From Nitrososphaera sp. (lineage in GTDB: Archaea > Thermoproteota > Nitrososphaeria > Nitrososphaerales > Nitrososphaeraceae): DNA of 15,630 bases. The position numbers and the translations under genes are program-made. This document shows positions 14,331-15,630 of this stretch, piece after piece; the first letter of the stretch is position 1; each line of letters begins with the position of its first letter. The stretch is from contig DASVCY010000226.1 of the NCBI GenBank assembly GCA_036381375.1, positions 1 to 15,630 on the forward strand. Direction: 5' to 3'. The notes below the pieces were generated by a model that worked only from the letters and a program-made list of their open reading frames with translations, did no database searches and was not told the origin of the DNA.

Positions 14331-15464
14331 TCAATGTCCTCCTTTCACCACCCTTTTCTGTATCAGGTCAAACATTTTCTGTGCGACGTTCTCTCCATAT
14401 GGATTGCGCGTTATTTTAACTGGAAGCATTTCCTCGACGACGGTGTTGAGCGAATCTCTTCTGTCTAGTGGGAATAGCCTATTTGCCTTTAGGAGTATCG
14501 TCTCCCATCTAGCAGAGCTGTGTCGCAGGGTTATGCAAGGTTTTCCGAGAATGACTGCTTCCTCCTGCACCCCTCCGGAATCGGTTAGCACAAGCCTACA
14601 TTTCTTCAGCAAATAGAGAAAATCCAAGTAGCCTACAGGATCGATGGTCACGACATTGTTTGGGAGTCTGATGTTGTACTTTTTAAGGTTGTTCCTTGTA
14701 CGGGGATGTACTGGAAAGATGACCTTGTGCTCTCCTATCTCTTTCAGGTGCTTGCTCAGCATTTCCAACTTTTCCGGGTCGTCGACATTTTCCTGCCTGT
14801 GCATGGTGAGCAACAGGAATTCTCTTGGCAGTTCGTCGTTTCTGCTGTACTGCTCGACTCCTTTGGACAGTTTTCTACACACATCCACTATCAGGTTTCC
14901 GGTCACGTGAATTTCTCCCTTGACTCCTTCGTATTCCAAGAATGTTTCAGACAATTTGGATGGTGCAAAAAGATAGTCAGAGATCTCGTCAATGTGTATT
15001 CTGATAACCTCTTCTGGGACATTCAAGTCAAAGTCCCTTATGCCTGCTTCGATGTGGACTAGCTTGCTGCCAATCTCCTTTGCAGTCAATGCGGCTGCCA
15101 TGCTGGAGCTGGTGTCCCCGTAGACCAGGACATATTCAGGATTGAGGGATTTCACGAAACGAATCATATTGTCTCTTAACGCATCGACTTGCGATGTGTC
15201 ACAGCCAAGATCATAATCGGGCTTGATACCCAGCTCATCAAAGAAAATATCTTTCATGTTGTCTGAATAGTGCTGGCCGGTATACAGCAATGCGTGTTCA
15301 TCGCCGAGTTCTTTGTTCAGCAGCTGCACTAAATGCGACAGCTTTATTATTTCCGGCCTAGTCCCCGCAATCGTTAGTATCTCGACGTTCTTTTCTACCT
15401 GCATTTCGGTCTCCAAAATGTACTCATTGTATTTTTGCGATATGGAGTCAGAGTCAGGATGCAT
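14331..15464 (-). CDS. wecB: UDP-N-acetylglucosamine 2-epimerase (non-hydrolysing). An alternative start is the ATG at 15404.
   Basis: ILTIAGTRPEIIK, HIEAGIRDF, PEEVIRIHIDEISDYLFAP and LTDSGGVQEEAVILGKPCITLR match the epimerase_2 family. Homologs usually start just before the GTRPE motif, which favours M21 at 15404. Confidence 0.9.
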   Translation of the reverse strand: MHPDSDSISQKYNEYILETEMQVEKNVEILTIAGTRPEIIKLSHLVQLLNKELGDEHALLYTGQHYSDNMKDIFFDELGIKPDYDLGCDTSQVDALRDNMIRFVKSLNPEYVLVYGDTSSSMAAALTAKEIGSKLVHIEAGIRDFDLNVPEEVIRIHIDEISDYLFAPSKLSETFLEYEGVKGEIHVTGNLIVDVCRKLSKGVEQYSRNDELPREFLLLTMHRQENVDDPEKLEMLSKHLKEIGEHKVIFPVHPRTRNNLKKYNIRLPNNVVTIDPVGYLDFLYLLKKCRLVLTDSGGVQEEAVILGKPCITLRHSSARWETILLKANRLFPLDRRDSLNTVVEEMLPVKITRNPYGENVAQKMFDLIQKRVVKGGH

Positions 15465-15630
15465 CTGCTACAATCTTGGCTTCCTTCATGAACCCATGCA
15501 TTGTCTTGGTATTTGCCCATGACTTGATGGTAAACGCCTTCATGAAGCTGACGAACCAGTAGTGCGAAAACGGTGTAAGCGCAGGTATCTGAGCGGCGTA
15601 TACCAATCCGCGCCGGCCATACTCTCTCAC
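15454..15630 (-). CDS. 3' end of an unidentified gene, truncated by the window edge. Its stop overlaps the annotated wecB start.
   Basis: The minus-strand frame is open from 15630 and reads ...VREYGRRGLVYAAQIPALTPFSHYWFVSFMKAFTIKSWANTKTMHGFMKEAKIVADAS*. The stop TGA is at 15454-15456. It is missing from the ORF track because there is no start codon inside the window. Confidence 0.5.
   Translation of the reverse strand: MREYGRRGLVYAAQIPALTPFSHYWFVSFMKAFTIKSWANTKTMHGFMKEAKIVADAS

Noticed and set aside
1-15630. Whole-window scan for CRISPR arrays, rRNA or long nucleotide repeats
   Set aside because: I saw no regularly spaced direct repeats, no rRNA-like conserved segments, and no long duplicated DNA other than the diverged in-frame domain duplication at 8485-9438.

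Overview
The window looks like an archaeal chromosome segment, probably from an ammonia-oxidising Nitrososphaeria/Thaumarchaeota-like organism. This is inferred from an A-type ATPase F subunit, PEF-type C-terminal sorting signals, and AT-rich TATA boxes about 20-30 nt upstream of start codons (leaderless-style). All family calls rest on motifs read by eye; no searches were run.

Left third: the 3' end of an SRPBCC gene, a PepSY-like membrane protein, a membrane-anchored J-domain protein, a small membrane protein, a MarR regulator, an uncharacterised secreted protein with a PEF C-terminal anchor, an isolated atpF and a class II aldolase.

Centre and right, the part most worth follow-up: a cluster of envelope proteins.
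- A PKD-domain surface protein whose 3' extension has decayed.
- A Tat-exported galactose/glyoxal-oxidase-like copper-radical oxidase carrying two tandem copies of an unrecognised ~150-aa domain.
- A small wHTH regulator.
- Two glucose/sorbosone-dehydrogenase-type beta-propeller paralogs. One has an N-terminal membrane anchor. The other is fused to LamG and has a PEF C-terminal anchor.

Two unrelated transposase remnants, IS110-like and IS6-like, mark the region as rearranged. The right edge holds wecB (UDP-GlcNAc 2-epimerase) and a truncated upstream gene. I found no rRNA, tRNA or CRISPR array.
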